Part shown: positions 20,610-29,096 of the stretch, piece by piece
Layout: the number at the start of each line of letters is the position of its first letter
Position numbering within the stretch: position 1 is the stretch's first letter
Made by a program: the position numbers and the translations under genes
Source of the DNA: an uncultured Lactobacillus sp.
Lineage (GTDB): Bacteria; Bacillota; Bacilli; Lactobacillales; Lactobacillaceae
Length of the DNA: 64,000 bases
NCBI GenBank assembly: GCA_946481335.1
Contig: CAMLMR010000001.1
Span: forward strand, 10,187 to 74,186
Reading direction: 5' to 3'
Notes under the pieces: model-generated
Told to the model about the DNA's origin: nothing
What the model saw: the letters and a program-made list of their open reading frames with translations, nothing else
Databases searched by the model: none

Positions 20610-20674
20610 AACTATCCCTCCAGTAATCGGAAACCATTAGTTTCCTTTAAAGCGATAAAAGCCCCCACTGGGAC

Positions 20675-22444
20675 TTATTTGTTACGCTTAATTTTTGTTA
20701 TTGCAAAAATACCAAACAAAATCCAACTAATCCATGTGATTACCATCATCAAACGAGTAATAAATGAAGTTACATATTTAATGTTAACCCGATTATTCCC
20801 TTTCTTGGCTGAGACGATAATTGCACCAAGTTTAGTTGTTTTAACATTCTTAACGGTTCCATTAACCGTTACTTGTGTCTGGGAATACTTAACTAATGGA
20901 ACTTGAATCTTTTGTGCCTTCTTTAGTTTAAACTTAACAGTCAACGATCCATCATTTTTCACAATATGTTTAAAATGAATCTTCTTATCATGATTCTTTG
21001 CAATATATTGTTGGTAATACAACTTATATGGATCGAACTTATCGTATTCACTGTGTCCCTTAATTTGTTTGTATGAAGGAACGTAGTCAGGAGTTGCCTT
21101 GATAATATCTTCTAGCAAATTAGATAATTTGTGACTTTGAGTGTCCTTTTGAATCGTTCTATGATGTTTTTTCATGTAGTAATAAATAGAGTTATCGTTT
21201 TTATTATTCTTGTGGTGCTTAGTATTTAATGAAACATAGTTAACACTACGTTGGTGGATGGCATAGAAATCCAATCCAGCACTACCAATAATTAACAATA
21301 AGATTGTTACTACAACGGCATAGTTACTCTTATGCGTATTGTTTTTAATTTCATAAGTTAAAATTCGACCGAAAGTTACCAATAAGCATACAAACGCAAT
21401 TACCAAGAAACGCTTTGGAAATTGGAGTGTGTATGATAACTGTGGAATAAGATATTGAATAACTCCCCATGGGAAGTGACTCCAAGAAATAACTAGGAAG
21501 AAAAATCCAGTTAGTGCAGTTGTTTTAGTTAAGATATCAACTTGTTTGAATCTTCTTATAACAAAGTATAATACAAAAATAAATAAAATAAACTCGGTCG
21601 GTTTCATAATGTTCATTAATGATTGAACATTGAAATTATATCCGTAGGTACGAACTTCTGGCACCGGGTATACCGGAAGCAAGTGATTGGTTGCTGAAAT
21701 GTAAATTAAGTTGTACCAAACATTGATGGTTAGAACCAATGTTATCAAGGCCGCATACACTGTATGTAATAACATTGAAACACGTTGTTTTTTATCAACA
21801 GCCTTGATCATTCCAACTACAAAGAACGGAAGAATCCCAATCATTGTAATCATGGCACTCATCAAATGAGTTTGAATCAATATGCTCATGACAAAGGCGA
21901 AACCGAATACGGAGACGTCATTTTTTCTGACCATTTGGGTAGCATAAATCATTACGAATGGAACAATCATTGCCCCTACTCCGGTAAATTGTTGGGCAGT
22001 AACCCATTGCATTACCATTGAAGAATACATGTAAATAAAGCCCATGAAAATAGCTGGGTACTTATCAACACTATTAACACGACATAGCTTGTACATTCCA
22101 AGTGCTGATACCACTAGAACAATCAAATCGGTTAAAATTTCAAACTTAAACCAAGTTCCTGCTACTAATAGAAGAAAGCCACCGACATAAGCAGCGACAG
22201 GTCCATACAAGGTACTTAACATTCTTCCAGTACCTAGGAAACCATAGTTAGTTTGGAAGTAGCTAATTTTATGCGTCTTTAGTTGCATTGCTGCATCGTA
22301 AAAACGGTTAAAGTGAAAGAGCGAATCTGATCCTAAGAAAGTTTGTTTCTTAATTAGCGGAATCGCAACGACTAATAACGCTAGAACTAAAAAGATAATA
22401 AATGGCATTAACCATTTTAAAAATTGTTTTGCTTTTTCCATCAT
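20675..22444 (-). CDS. Polytopic membrane protein, YfhO/PTPS-related (putative GT-C glycosyltransferase), paralog 2
   Basis: DSLFHFNRFYD, LYGP, QTH, LQFPKRF and KATPDYVP motifs; colinear with 18807..20609. Confidence 0.65.
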   Translation of the reverse strand: MMEKAKQFLKWLMPFIIFLVLALLVVAIPLIKKQTFLGSDSLFHFNRFYDAAMQLKTHKISYFQTNYGFLGTGRMLSTLYGPVAAYVGGFLLLVAGTWFKFEILTDLIVLVVSALGMYKLCRVNSVDKYPAIFMGFIYMYSSMVMQWVTAQQFTGVGAMIVPFVMIYATQMVRKNDVSVFGFAFVMSILIQTHLMSAMITMIGILPFFVVGMIKAVDKKQRVSMLLHTVYAALITLVLTINVWYNLIYISATNHLLPVYPVPEVRTYGYNFNVQSLMNIMKPTEFILFIFVLYFVIRRFKQVDILTKTTALTGFFFLVISWSHFPWGVIQYLIPQLSYTLQFPKRFLVIAFVCLLVTFGRILTYEIKNNTHKSNYAVVVTILLLIIGSAGLDFYAIHQRSVNYVSLNTKHHKNNKNDNSIYYYMKKHHRTIQKDTQSHKLSNLLEDIIKATPDYVPSYKQIKGHSEYDKFDPYKLYYQQYIAKNHDKKIHFKHIVKNDGSLTVKFKLKKAQKIQVPLVKYSQTQVTVNGTVKNVKTTKLGAIIVSAKKGNNRVNIKYVTSFITRLMMVITWISWILFGIFAITKIKRNK

Positions 22445-22456
22445 TAATTCTCCTCA

Positions 22457-23323
22457 TCATTCAACTACGCTGGTCCCATTAGCGTAGTTAAGTTTGAATC
22501 CATTTTGAATATTTTTAATGTAAATATTAAACGAAATTGCATTGCTACCAACTGACTTAGCACGCATAATCACACCGGAAGCTAGTAGATTTTTCTTCTT
22601 AAAGACCGGCTTGACCTGATATCTTACATAGTGGTGGTGATTACTGCGTAGGTAATATGCAACCTTGTTTTCAAACGTACTCATTGCAGGATCATTTAAT
22701 GAACGCGTTCCTGTCATCAGATTACGTAAATTATTATTTTGACCCGTAAACTGATAGCCAATTAGGTGGCTACGATTGTACAACCATGTACCGCCATCTT
22801 TTTTATTATGCCAACCGGTTGGATCGACATATAAAGGTTCTCTTTTAACCTTTGGCATCAGTGAATAGTTTAACATTGCATTTGCAGTGGTTGAACGATT
22901 AAGCTTATCCAAGCTACCGTATCTAGCCCATGCCCCATGTTTGAGTGACATTTCTGCTTTGCTAAAAGCCGGATTATTGCCGTTTAAAATCACAATTTGA
23001 TTCTTGGCAATCTTAGTCTTTCCACTATGACTAACTGCTTGTTTATGTATCTTTTTCGCCTTTTTAGCTGATACTTTAGCCACAACTGTCCTGTGACTAC
23101 TTTCATCCCTAGCTAAGGTTAGTCCCCTTGATTGAGCTTGACTCAGTGAGACACGATAAACCTTGCGTGCTCTCTTTAGGCCCCAATCATTTCGGTTATA
23201 GTAATATCTCTTACCAGTTCTGGTAACGTACACATAAGTTTGTGCGTTTACCGAAATTTCTGATGCTGAAAAACACATTAAAAATGCAGCTATCAATGAT
23301 AAGAAAACTAAGAATTTTTTCAA
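22457..23323 (-). CDS. Secreted DNA/RNA non-specific endonuclease (EndA/streptodornase-like)
   Basis: Signal peptide; LDKLNRS, active-site NRSHLIG, NLMTGTRSLN and MSTFEN motifs. Confidence 0.88.
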   Translation of the reverse strand: MKKFLVFLSLIAAFLMCFSASEISVNAQTYVYVTRTGKRYYYNRNDWGLKRARKVYRVSLSQAQSRGLTLARDESSHRTVVAKVSAKKAKKIHKQAVSHSGKTKIAKNQIVILNGNNPAFSKAEMSLKHGAWARYGSLDKLNRSTTANAMLNYSLMPKVKREPLYVDPTGWHNKKDGGTWLYNRSHLIGYQFTGQNNNLRNLMTGTRSLNDPAMSTFENKVAYYLRSNHHHYVRYQVKPVFKKKNLLASGVIMRAKSVGSNAISFNIYIKNIQNGFKLNYANGTSVVE

Positions 23324-23402
23324 CTTTTATCACTCCGTTTTAATCTTATACATTAATAATAATACATATCTATATAATATTCACTGAAAATTAAAGAAAA
23401 GT

Positions 23403-23435
23403 AAAAAAGCCTTCCCGAATTGAGAAGACTTTTTT
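23403..23435 (-). terminator. Terminator after the S-layer-like gene
   Basis: aaaaaagccttc...gaagactttttt. Confidence 0.65.
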
Positions 23436-23443
23436 ATTTTTTA

Positions 23444-24811
23444 TTATTTGTAGTAAAGAGTAACTGTTGGGTTACTTGGATCAATAGCAGTTGTATCAAC
23501 ACCTACGAATTGAAGTGATCCTGCACCAGTAGTTGATAGCTTGGTTTGATCGATACTTAATAGGTCACGGTTAGTTAAGATTGACTTAACAACGTTAGCA
23601 TCAACACTTTGATCGTTTAATACAACCTTTTGGTTTAATAAATCTTGACCAGCTTGGTTTAGTGTTGTTACTAAATCAGATGATGGGTTCAAGACTGCAC
23701 CAGTATCTTTTTGCTTAATTGTAATGGTCAAACGAGTTGCTGGAACTGGAGCTAAGTTAATGATAGCAGTTCCACCGTTAACGATTGGTCCATCAGTATT
23801 AATGGCATTTGCATCAGTAGTTACTTGGTAATTACTTGGAATGAACTTAGCAATTGAATCAGCAGTTACCACTGGTTTAGCGTTGTTTACTGATAAGTCT
23901 GATAAGTTCACAATCTTAGTGCTTACAAAGTTACCGTTGTACTTGAATACTAGGTTGTAAGTACTTTGTTTTGGAGTAGTTGTTGTAGGAGTAGTTTGAG
24001 TTTGTTGGTTATTAGTTGGTGTCTTAGTAGTATCTTTCTTCTTGTCGTCCTTCTTTGTTTCCTTCTTAGTAGAACGAGCAACAGTGCTACCACCGTAAAT
24101 CCAACCATTAACACTCTTCTTCTTGGTATCTTGAACGTAGTAGTATAACCAACCACGAGTGTTATAAACAGCTGATTCAACAACGAAGTCGTCATTGATG
24201 TATGAGGCCTTCTTGTGGCTGATAACACGAGCGTTGTAACGACTAAACTTAGGGTAAGTCCAAAGCTTGTCTAGAATTTTAACGTTAACATTGCTTGGCT
24301 TAGCACCGTATCTTAGAGTTCTAGTAGCTGAAATACCAGTTTTTTTAGTGATGTTTTCCAAATTGTATTGGAAATCGTTTTTACCGACGTAGATCCAACC
24401 TCTGTACTTACCACCTAATGTAACAACATGGGCATAGTATAGGCCAGTATTAGTCTTGGCCATTCCATATACATGGAAAATATTTTCTGGTAACTTAGAC
24501 TTAGCTAAACGACGCATTGTTGCTTTGTTGGCAACAACCTTAGCATTACCTAGTTTACCAGGTTTATTCATGATACTAACTACACCGTTTGACTTGGCGT
24601 ATGCAGCGTTTTCTGCGAAATGTACTTTGTAATATGTTGCGGTAACTTTAATGTGTTTTTTTGTGTGCTTAGTTGTTTTTACCTTTTTGGCAACACGCTT
24701 AGTAGTAACGTGTTTCTTGGCATTAGCTGTAGTTGAGTTAGCTACAGTTAATGAACCTAATGCAAAAAGAGTTAGTCCAGCATAGACTGTCTTCTTCAAA
24801 AATGATTGCAT
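23444..24811 (-). CDS. S-layer protein homolog (Levilactobacillus brevis SlpA / Lentilactobacillus type)
   Basis: MQSFLKKTVYAGL signal peptide. KPGKLGNAKVVANKATM, YYAHVVTLGGKYRGWIY and LWTYPKF match the SlpA cell-wall-binding region. ATG 24811 follows ggagg. Confidence 0.75.
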   Translation of the reverse strand: MQSFLKKTVYAGLTLFALGSLTVANSTTANAKKHVTTKRVAKKVKTTKHTKKHIKVTATYYKVHFAENAAYAKSNGVVSIMNKPGKLGNAKVVANKATMRRLAKSKLPENIFHVYGMAKTNTGLYYAHVVTLGGKYRGWIYVGKNDFQYNLENITKKTGISATRTLRYGAKPSNVNVKILDKLWTYPKFSRYNARVISHKKASYINDDFVVESAVYNTRGWLYYYVQDTKKKSVNGWIYGGSTVARSTKKETKKDDKKKDTTKTPTNNQQTQTTPTTTTPKQSTYNLVFKYNGNFVSTKIVNLSDLSVNNAKPVVTADSIAKFIPSNYQVTTDANAINTDGPIVNGGTAIINLAPVPATRLTITIKQKDTGAVLNPSSDLVTTLNQAGQDLLNQKVVLNDQSVDANVVKSILTNRDLLSIDQTKLSTTGAGSLQFVGVDTTAIDPSNPTVTLYYK

Positions 24812-24990
24812 TTTGATTCCTCCAATTATTTTATAATCTAGATTATAACACATTTTGTTTTTTTAACTATTCCATTAGTAAAAACAGTGTTTTCATTAAA
24901 TAATTTTAAAAAGCAATGCCATACTTTAGACATTTAGTCGGAAAAATATTAAAGTGAAGGTGAAAAGATTATCGAATGGAGGGAACGTCA

Positions 24991-25248
24991 ATGGCAGATA
25001 CATTAAACTCAAGTAATCCAAGCATGCACTTATTAGCACAACTAAGACTACGTAACTACTTTGCTGGCTACTTAAAGAAAATTGTATCTAATCGATTTGG
25101 TGACGATGAAAAATACCCTTTATTCGAAAAACTACTAAATAAACAAAATAATTTTGAAATTGTTAACTACCTACTGATTATGACAGATAGATATCGTAAC
25201 GAAGAAAAGCTATTAAATACGTTGATTGAAATCATGCAAAGAGACTGA
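24991..25248 (+). CDS. Small hypothetical protein (85 aa), paralog of 25321..25626
   Basis: RBS ggaggg before ATG 24991; ungapped similarity to the next ORF. Confidence 0.7.
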   Translation: MADTLNSSNPSMHLLAQLRLRNYFAGYLKKIVSNRFGDDEKYPLFEKLLNKQNNFEIVNYLLIMTDRYRNEEKLLNTLIEIMQRD

Positions 25249-25320
25249 TAACGTCTCATTCGCCATTTTATTCGCGAACTCTTCTACTATCTAATATAGA
25301 TATTTGAAGGGAGGGATTCT

Positions 25321-25626
25321 TTGCGTAAATTATATAGAGGACTTAAATTAGATGCTAAATTTGAGCAAGCCAATCTACATCTTCGTCGTAAACTACGTCA
25401 ACAAATTCAAAATAGACTTCAAAAATATGTCGGAGATAAACACTATTACCCATGCAATAAGGCACTAGATAAAATTTATTGTGCTAATGATATGCACTAC
25501 ATGCTTGCCATCATCACTAGCACACGACCGAAACCGCTGGAGTATATTATCAAATGTGTAAACAATATGGATGAACGCAGATACCAACGTTGGTCAGAAG
25601 AAGCCTTTGGTTTTTGGTATCCTTAA
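25321..25626 (+). CDS. Small hypothetical protein (101 aa)
   Basis: TTG start with strong RBS gaaggaggg; followed by a terminator. Confidence 0.7.
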   Translation: MRKLYRGLKLDAKFEQANLHLRRKLRQQIQNRLQKYVGDKHYYPCNKALDKIYCANDMHYMLAIITSTRPKPLEYIIKCVNNMDERRYQRWSEEAFGFWYP

Positions 25627-25629
25627 TGC

Positions 25630-25663
25630 AAAAAGACGCCATCATTTTGATAGCGTCTTTTTT
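25630..25663 (+). terminator. Terminator after the two small ORFs
   Basis: aaaaagacgc...gcgtctttttt. Confidence 0.75.
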
Positions 25664-25775
25664 ACTGGCAGAATTTATTTCGATAGTTTACATAATTTTT
25701 TTCAAATGGTTGTTACATATTTTTACAAAAACATATATAATCTAAAACAATAAGTTTTTATTGTAGACGAGAGGA

Positions 25776-26678
25776 TTGATGTACATGATTTCTTTTTCAT
25801 ACCAAGCTTTTGTAACCGTAGTTAGCGAAGAGAGCTTTCACCACGCTGCTCAAAAGCTAGAAGTAACACCTTCTGCAATTTCTCATTCAATTGATAAACT
25901 AGAAAAACAACTTGGTTTTTCACTACTTATTCGTGATAGATCCGGAGTTAAATTAACCGAAGATGGTAAAGATGTGCTTCCAATCATTCAAGACATCTTA
26001 AACAACGAAGAACGCCTTCAACAAGAAGCCAATAAAATCAAAGGACTAACTTCTGGAACCGTTAGACTAGGTGCCTTTAGTAGTGTCTGCATTAATTGGT
26101 TACCAACAATTATACATAACTTTCATAGTCAATTTCCAAACGTTAAAGTTGAACTAATTCAAAGTGACTTTAACGACATCACTTTGCAGGCTCGTCAAGG
26201 TAAAATTGACCTAGGTTTCACCTGTCAACCCATCAATGAAAGATTAGTAAAAGCCCTATTAGTAAAAGATAAAATCTATTGTATTACCCCTAAAGACTTC
26301 GTTCCCGCAAACGGAAAGTCAATCACCAAGAAAGATGTTGAAAACCAACACTTCATACTTCAAAAATCAGATTACGATGGTGATACCAAGGCTGTCTTGG
26401 ATCAATACAATGTTGCACCAAACTCAATTCAATTCAGTATCGATGACCAATCAATCATTGCGATGGTTGAATCCGGTCTAGGAATGGGAATCTTACCTAA
26501 GTTAGCTTTCCAAAGAATCAATGGTGATGTTTCCCTATACCCATTTGACGATGACTTCTACCGTTCCATTTTTATGGTAATGAACTCTGTTCAAATGAAA
26601 ACACCAGCCGCACAAAAAATGGTTTCATGTATTCGTGAATTCATCGAATCCAACTATCCTGATGGATACTTAAAATAA
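25776..26678 (+). CDS. LysR-family transcriptional regulator
   Basis: HTH motif SFHHAAQKLEVTPSAISHSIDKLEKQLGF, LLIRDRSGVKLTEDG, GTVRLG; 300 aa. Confidence 0.95.
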   Translation: MMYMISFSYQAFVTVVSEESFHHAAQKLEVTPSAISHSIDKLEKQLGFSLLIRDRSGVKLTEDGKDVLPIIQDILNNEERLQQEANKIKGLTSGTVRLGAFSSVCINWLPTIIHNFHSQFPNVKVELIQSDFNDITLQARQGKIDLGFTCQPINERLVKALLVKDKIYCITPKDFVPANGKSITKKDVENQHFILQKSDYDGDTKAVLDQYNVAPNSIQFSIDDQSIIAMVESGLGMGILPKLAFQRINGDVSLYPFDDDFYRSIFMVMNSVQMKTPAAQKMVSCIREFIESNYPDGYLK

Positions 26679-26713
26679 AAAAGACGTGTTGCTTAATGCA
26701 ACACGCCTTTTTT
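26677..26713. terminator. Bidirectional terminator between LysR and DUF2922
   Basis: aaaaaagacgtgttgc-ttaat-gcaacacgcctttttt. Confidence 0.85.
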
Positions 26714-26714
26714 A

Positions 26715-26960
26715 TTACTTAGCTGACTTTACAGTCTTAATTCGGTTATCAAACAACACTTGATCATTGGTATCAATAATCTTAGCTGCCACTGGTTCTT
26801 TGTATAGGTTACCGTATTCATCTCTGAAGATGTTTAGTTCAGATAGGCGTTGCATTGCTGGCATCACCTTGTCTGCGGTCAAATCCCCTTCAACGTAGTT
26901 AAATCCTAAGTTCTTGTTTTTACCGTTTTCGCTCTTGAATGTTAGTTCCAGTTTTTTCAT
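26715..26960 (-). CDS. DUF2922-family protein
   Basis: MKKLELTFKSENGK...LTADKVMPAM...AAKIIDT pattern; ATG 26960 follows ggagg. Confidence 0.8.
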   Translation of the reverse strand: MKKLELTFKSENGKNKNLGFNYVEGDLTADKVMPAMQRLSELNIFRDEYGNLYKEPVAAKIIDTNDQVLFDNRIKTVKSAK

Positions 26961-26981
26961 TAATTTATCCTCCAATTAAGA

Positions 26982-27182
26982 TTAGGCAAAGTAGCCATTT
27001 TCTTGCACTAATGTGGCACCTCTTGAAGTACTACCGGTTAATTCAGTGATAATTGCAGTTAGTTCTGCCATTTGTTCAGGTGACACTTCTTGAATTGCAT
27101 TGGCCATGTTACGTTTTCTGATAACTTGGTCGCTTCCTACTGTGTTAACTGTAACTTTTGACTTATTCCATTGCTTTTGCAT
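26982..27182 (-). CDS. DUF1659-like small protein
   Basis: 66 aa with the R-x-x-x-N...EVSPEQM pattern, immediately upstream of DUF2922 as is usual for this pair. Confidence 0.6.
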   Translation of the reverse strand: MQKQWNKSKVTVNTVGSDQVIRKRNMANAIQEVSPEQMAELTAIITELTGSTSRGATLVQENGYFA

Positions 27183-27242
27183 TGTGATTTACCTCTTTTC
27201 AAATCTTCATAAGTGATTAGCGCTAACCCTTACACTATTAAT

Positions 27243-27268
27243 AACGTGTCGGGACTAAAAAGTGTTAC
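27243..27268 (-). promoter_or_regulatory. Candidate ECF-type promoter for DUF1659-DUF2922
   Basis: Minus strand GTAAC-N17-CGTT, overlapping the stop codon of the sigma gene. Confidence 0.45.
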
Positions 27269-27777
27269 TTTAATTTATAAAATTCTTCTTGAACGCCTTT
27301 TTTCCACTGATAGACCGTCTTTCGACTGACATGATACTTTCTGGCAATCTGTGTAATCGTCATCGATTCATTATAGGCACAACACAAAAATTTGCGTTGA
27401 TTACCAGTACATCTCAGCCACAACTGATTCAATAGATCAATTCCATCAATCTCTTCTTGAGGGCTAAAACTATCATCCACGCATTCGTCATCGTTGCCCT
27501 TCATCTCCATCACGTGGTTATTTATACGTTGTTGTTTTCTTAGGATATCTAACAGGTGCCAATAAACCGCTTGAAACAAATATCCACACACCCTGTCGTC
27601 ATCTATTTCTTCATTATATTGACTATACTTAATTGCCAAGTGGATAAATCCCTCTTGTTTTAAGTCCTCAAACTGTGGATTATCCATTCTGATGTTTAAT
27701 CGTTTCAACACTCCGTATACAATTCCAATATGGTTTTCATTCATTAAAAAAGTAAAACCATTGTCTAAATCGTTCAT
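27265..27777 (-). CDS. Small sigma-70-family RNA polymerase sigma factor (region 2 + region 4)
   Basis: Region-2-like EDLKQEGFIHL and YLFQAVYWHLLDILRK; C-terminal HTH MTITQIARKYHVSRKTVYQWK; ATG 27777 follows aaagga. Confidence 0.8.
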   Translation of the reverse strand: MNDLDNGFTFLMNENHIGIVYGVLKRLNIRMDNPQFEDLKQEGFIHLAIKYSQYNEEIDDDRVCGYLFQAVYWHLLDILRKQQRINNHVMEMKGNDDECVDDSFSPQEEIDGIDLLNQLWLRCTGNQRKFLCCAYNESMTITQIARKYHVSRKTVYQWKKGVQEEFYKLK

Positions 27778-27943
27778 CTTAATCAATCCTTTATCGTATT
27801 GATCAAGGGCCCTTGAACATCTAAAAAGATAACAACAATCAGTAAAAATAACACCGCGCCTTTTTTCACTTTAAACTGCAAAATCTTACACTTTCAATTT
27901 AAAAAATAGTAGAATGAGAATAATCAATCTGGGAGGTTGTGTC

Positions 27944-28378
27944 ATGGAATGGAAAGTAAAAACTTTTGATGAAATCACAAGAGATGAACTATGGGCCATC
28001 TACTTCGCTCGTGTTCAAACCTTTGTGGTCGAACAAAAACGTCCTTACCAAGAAGTCGATGACGTCGACAAAAAAGCACTACATATCTGGGCTGAAGAAG
28101 ATGGGCAACTACTAGCCTACGCAAGAGTCTTTCATGGAGAAGACCACACTTCATTTGGCAGAGTGCTTACCACACCTGCGGCTCGCGGAAAAGGATTGGG
28201 CAAAAAATTAATTGAACGCGTATTAAAAGAAATCGACGAACACTTCGATCATCCAAGAGTTGAAATTGATTCACAAGATGATAAAGAAGGTTTTTATGCC
28301 AAGTTTGGTTTTAAATCAGTCGGTGATGTTTACGAGTTCCACCAAACTCCACACATTAAAATGATTTTAAACAAATAA
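27944..28378 (+). CDS. GNAT N-acetyltransferase, ElaA-like
   Basis: RVQTFVVEQ, YARV, FGRVLT and acetyl-CoA motif ARGKGLG; ATG 27944 follows ggagg. Confidence 0.9.
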   Translation: MEWKVKTFDEITRDELWAIYFARVQTFVVEQKRPYQEVDDVDKKALHIWAEEDGQLLAYARVFHGEDHTSFGRVLTTPAARGKGLGKKLIERVLKEIDEHFDHPRVEIDSQDDKEGFYAKFGFKSVGDVYEFHQTPHIKMILNK

Positions 28379-28418
28379 AAAAATGCATGCAGATAATTTA
28401 TATCTACATGCATTTTTT
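28377..28418. terminator. Bidirectional terminator
   Basis: aaaaaatgcatg...catgcatttttt between convergent genes. Confidence 0.8.
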
Positions 28419-28980
28419 AGTGCATATATTCCTTAATTTTGTTCATATTAATCACGCTGGATTCCTCTAGTTTCTTCAAGTTAAACTCGACGGGATTCAA
28501 ATGAACCCTTGGATCATTAACCATGAACTCAAAGCCCAATTGAAAATCCTTCTTTGAAATATCATTATGAGAAACATCATCGTGTTCATGTTTAGCAATC
28601 GAAAACGCCTCTGCAATGATGCGGTTCAGTTGTTCGTCGTCACTACTTCGTTTGATTGAAATCGTTACAATGTAGTCGTTAGAAATTGGTCGCCACCTGG
28701 TTAACCCTTCTCGAAACAAATCGAGGTTAACACTGTGTGCTAACTCCTCACCGTGAAGCGTCATGTAAATCCGGTTTAATTTAATAAACCCACTGGTATT
28801 CAACTTTTCATCTAGGAAGTAAATGAAAACTCCCTGCCCATTAACGGATGACCGATCCACTCTAATTCTCATTGGGGGTTGACGTCTATTCAAATACAAC
28901 GCAATATATGCGGTAATAAAAGTTCCAATCGCACTGGCTAATTCAAAAATATCATTCCAGCTTAGTGGTTCTAAGTGCAT
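28417..28980 (-). CDS. Hypothetical protein with a single N-terminal TM helix
   Basis: 187-aa ORF, RBS agggg; hydrophobic segment ASAIGTFITAYIALYL. Confidence 0.7.
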   Translation of the reverse strand: MHLEPLSWNDIFELASAIGTFITAYIALYLNRRQPPMRIRVDRSSVNGQGVFIYFLDEKLNTSGFIKLNRIYMTLHGEELAHSVNLDLFREGLTRWRPISNDYIVTISIKRSSDDEQLNRIIAEAFSIAKHEHDDVSHNDISKKDFQLGFEFMVNDPRVHLNPVEFNLKKLEESSVINMNKIKEYMH

Positions 28981-29058
28981 TTAAACATCCCCCTTCTAAT
29001 ATCTACTTAGTTGTTTTTCGCTAAATAAATCATAACATTTTTTACAATCAGCAAAAAT

Positions 29059-29091
29059 AAAAAAGCAACCACACTTTGTGGTTGCTTTTTT
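29059..29091 (-). terminator. Terminator after the 590-aa secreted protein
   Basis: aaaaaagcaaccaca-ctt-tgtggttgctttttt. Confidence 0.85.
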
Positions 29092-29096
29092 GATTG

